This document shows, piece after piece, positions 62,087 to 64,000 of a stretch of 64,000 nt of DNA. The translations under genes and the position numbers were made by a program. The notes under the pieces were generated by a model. That model was given only the letters and a program-made list of their open reading frames with translations. It was not told where the DNA came from and did no database searches. This DNA is from a bacterium (GTDB lineage Bacteria; Hydrothermota; UBA3073; JACQXS01; JAGMCI01), in contig JASEGA010000005.1 in NCBI GenBank assembly GCA_030018315.1, positions 8,351-72,350 on the forward strand. The letters run 5' to 3'. The first letter of the stretch is position 1. Every line of letters starts with the position of its first letter.

Positions 62087-63107
62087 ACTTGCCTCCCCCA
62101 ATAGGAGTTAAGACGAGTACCTTTTCTTCCATCCCCAGTGATATAATTTGTGTAATAAGGTCTGTATAACTTAAACCAGCTGCCCGTGCTGCCCTTGCAA
62201 AGCCTGCTTCATAAGATATATCCGGGTTGGGATTAACATCAATGATAAAAGGCTTACCTTCTTTATTTAGTCGCATGTCAATTCTGGCATAGCCACGTAA
62301 ACCCAACACTTTAAAAGATTTAATTGCAATATCCTCCATTTTCTTTTTCTCGTCTTCTTTAATTATTGCTGGACAAACCGGCTTTGTGCGCTTGTATTCC
62401 ATACTCTCTGTTTCCCATTTAGCTCGATAAGTCACAATTCGAGGTAAGTCACTTTTCCAGCGTAGGAATTTTATTTCTGACAGAGCCAAAATTTTTGGGT
62501 TCTCATTCCCTAAGAGACTAACAGAGATTTCTCGTCCGTCAATAAAAGACACTACCAGTGCTTGCTCGTTTAACTCATCAAAAAATTTTGTTAATGCCAA
62601 TTGTAATTCTTCGTTATTGTTGACAACAGATTGCATATTAATACCAATACTTGCATCCTGTCTTCTCGGTTTGACAATAGCTGGAAAACTGGACCAGTCA
62701 ACCTCAGATGGTGAGTTAACCACTTCAAATTGAGGTGTAGGTAATCCTGCTCCCGTAAGTATATATTTTGTGTAAACTTTATCCATACAAATACCTAATG
62801 CCAAAGCTGTATTCCCTGTAAATGGTAGGCGGCTTGCTTCAAGGAGTGCAGCAAATTGGTATTCACCACTTGCATCGTCTGAAATACCTTCTACTAAATT
62901 AAATACAATATCCGGATTGATGCGCTTAATTTCTTTGATAGCTAAATAAGGGCCTTCTTTCACTGGAATGCATACAACATCATAACCTGTATTAATGAGT
63001 GCCCCTTTTACATACTTTATTTCTTGGTATACATTTGACTCATTAGCTAAAAAATGAGAGCCATCAACCACAGATTCACGTAAGTTGTATGCAATTACCA
63101 CCTTCAT
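62058..63107 (-). CDS. D-alanine--D-alanine-ligase-family ATP-grasp enzyme (paralogue 2)
   Basis: MKVVIAYN.., the central ATP-grasp region IVKPRRQDASIGI, and RIDMRL..EGKPFIIDVNPNP...GLSYTDLI. It has a TGATG stop/start overlap with paralogue 1. Confidence 0.75.
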   Translation of the reverse strand: MKVVIAYNLRESVVDGSHFLANESNVYQEIKYVKGALINTGYDVVCIPVKEGPYLAIKEIKRINPDIVFNLVEGISDDASGEYQFAALLEASRLPFTGNTALALGICMDKVYTKYILTGAGLPTPQFEVVNSPSEVDWSSFPAIVKPRRQDASIGINMQSVVNNNEELQLALTKFFDELNEQALVVSFIDGREISVSLLGNENPKILALSEIKFLRWKSDLPRIVTYRAKWETESMEYKRTKPVCPAIIKEDEKKKMEDIAIKSFKVLGLRGYARIDMRLNKEGKPFIIDVNPNPDISYEAGFARAARAAGLSYTDLITQIISLGMEEKVLVLTPIGGGKYEDKRVIAV

Positions 63108-64000
63108 CACATTTTACTCTTTGATTTTTGATATTTGATATCACTAAGCCGCCACCGTTTGGCAGAAATATTGAGTACAGCATTAATAAGGTCAGTGTAT
63201 GACATCCCCTTAGCACGCGCTGCTTTTGGGAAGCAAGAATTATCCTCAGGACGCGGCAAAATACCTGGGAGTGGATTGACTTCTATTACATTGAGGACTC
63301 CATTAGAATCAAGTCTTAAGTCAATTCTACACCAATCCTTTATGTCAAGCACTTCCCATGTTTTACGACAGGTAGCTTCAATCTCCATTTTTAGGCTATG
63401 CGAAATCTTCGCCGGGCATTCAAATATATTTAGTGGTTTATCCGGTGTATCCCATACCCATTTAGCTTCGTATGAATAGATAGGAACAGCTTCCTTTGGT
63501 AGGGCATCAAATTTCATCTCAACAATTGGTAATATTTCAAGATTAGGTAGGTTGCCAAGTAAAGCGCATGTAAATTCACGGCCTATGATAAATTCCTCTA
63601 CCAAAGCCGGTTGCTGGTATAGGCCTACACATTTGGTAACCAATTCCTTAAGCTCTTTATAAGAATAAGCTACTGAGTGGTTATTAATCCCTTTACTTGA
63701 CCCTTCCCTGACTGGTTTAACAATAAGTGGGAACTCTAAATCAACTAATTTAGCTGAATAAGAATTAAACACTTGGAAGCGTGGGGTTGGTATTTTGTGA
63801 TAAGATAGTATTTCTTTAGTCCTTGCTTTATCAAGACATATAGCTAATGTAAGTGGATTTGACCCAGTATAAGGGATGCCAAGCATCTCAAGTATAGCTG
63901 GCATCTGTGATTCTCTTGCTATCCCGTTGGTACCCTCAGCAATATTGAAGACAATGTCTACATTTGACTGGCGTAGAAATTCAAAAGCATCAGCATTTGC
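63107..64000 (-). CDS. D-alanine--D-alanine-ligase-family ATP-grasp enzyme (paralogue 1; N-terminus runs off the window end)
   Basis: LEMLGIPYTGS, IVKPVREGSSKGI, and RIDLRLDSNGVLNVIEVNPLPG...GMSYTDLI. The frame stays open upstream of M63904 to position 64000 (ANADAFEFLRQSNVDIVFNIAEGTNGIARESQ). Confidence 0.75.
   Translation of the reverse strand, partial: ANADAFEFLRQSNVDIVFNIAEGTNGIARESQMPAILEMLGIPYTGSNPLTLAICLDKARTKEILSYHKIPTPRFQVFNSYSAKLVDLEFPLIVKPVREGSSKGINNHSVAYSYKELKELVTKCVGLYQQPALVEEFIIGREFTCALLGNLPNLEILPIVEMKFDALPKEAVPIYSYEAKWVWDTPDKPLNIFECPAKISHSLKMEIEATCRKTWEVLDIKDWCRIDLRLDSNGVLNVIEVNPLPGILPRPEDNSCFPKAARAKGMSYTDLINAVLNISAKRWRLSDIKYQKSKSKM

Noticed and set aside
1-64000. tRNA, rRNA, tmRNA or RNase P genes anywhere in the window
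   Set aside because: Scanning the spacers by eye, I found no T-loop (GGTTCGAATCC-like) or other hallmark sequences. All spacers longer than 100 nt are accounted for by promoters, repeats, the MITE copies or the one unassigned RNA candidate. This is a visual scan, not a covariance-model search.

Overview
This is an AT-rich, gene-dense chromosomal segment with about 66 protein-coding genes on both strands. I recognised no rRNA, tRNA or CRISPR array by eye. It appears to come from a diderm bacterium of an uncultivated FCB-type lineage. That lineage call is inference only, based on T9SS-type C-terminal sorting domains on two secreted enzymes, PorV/PorQ-like outer-membrane barrels and LpxH.

Most content is housekeeping: hisS (partial), mreBCD, rpe-rpmB, glnA, folK, alaS, lepB, recJ, eno-ftsB-coaD, smpB and sppA, plus a co-directional grpE-dnaK-dnaJ-rpsU-dnaG-rpoD array. 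rpsU is not in the ORF track; I found it by hand.

Less ordinary coding content:
- A tightly coupled minus-strand cassette of two Ddl-like ATP-grasp ligases, a GNAT and a lysine-2,3-aminomutase-type radical SAM enzyme (60.4-64 kb, cut by the window edge).
- A 1407-aa double-activase/dehydratase-like fusion protein.
- A Memo-AMMECR1 (AmmeMemoRadiSam B-A) fusion.
- A lone MIO-type ammonia-lyase whose stop codon overlaps the hisS start codon.
- An outer-membrane cluster in which SppA carries an N-terminal beta-barrel-like extension.
- A small decayed insertion (HEPN fragment, lipoprotein-signal fragment, frameshifted RAYT-type Y1 transposase) that splits a 2Fe-2S/FAD-oxidoreductase gene pair.

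The most unusual property is the non-coding DNA:
- A 28-bp perfect palindrome with GTAG...CTAC ends, in three copies, one of them in frame inside a CDS.
- A 163-bp MITE-like element in two inverted copies bracketing recJ-TPR-vWA.
- Several families of degenerate 7-8-nt oligo-repeat tracts at gene ends that in places supply C-terminal protein tails, -35 boxes or terminator stems.
- Many near-consensus sigma70-type promoters placed so close to start codons that the mRNAs would be leaderless.

All calls rest on reading the sequence and on remembered family motifs. No searches or computations were run.
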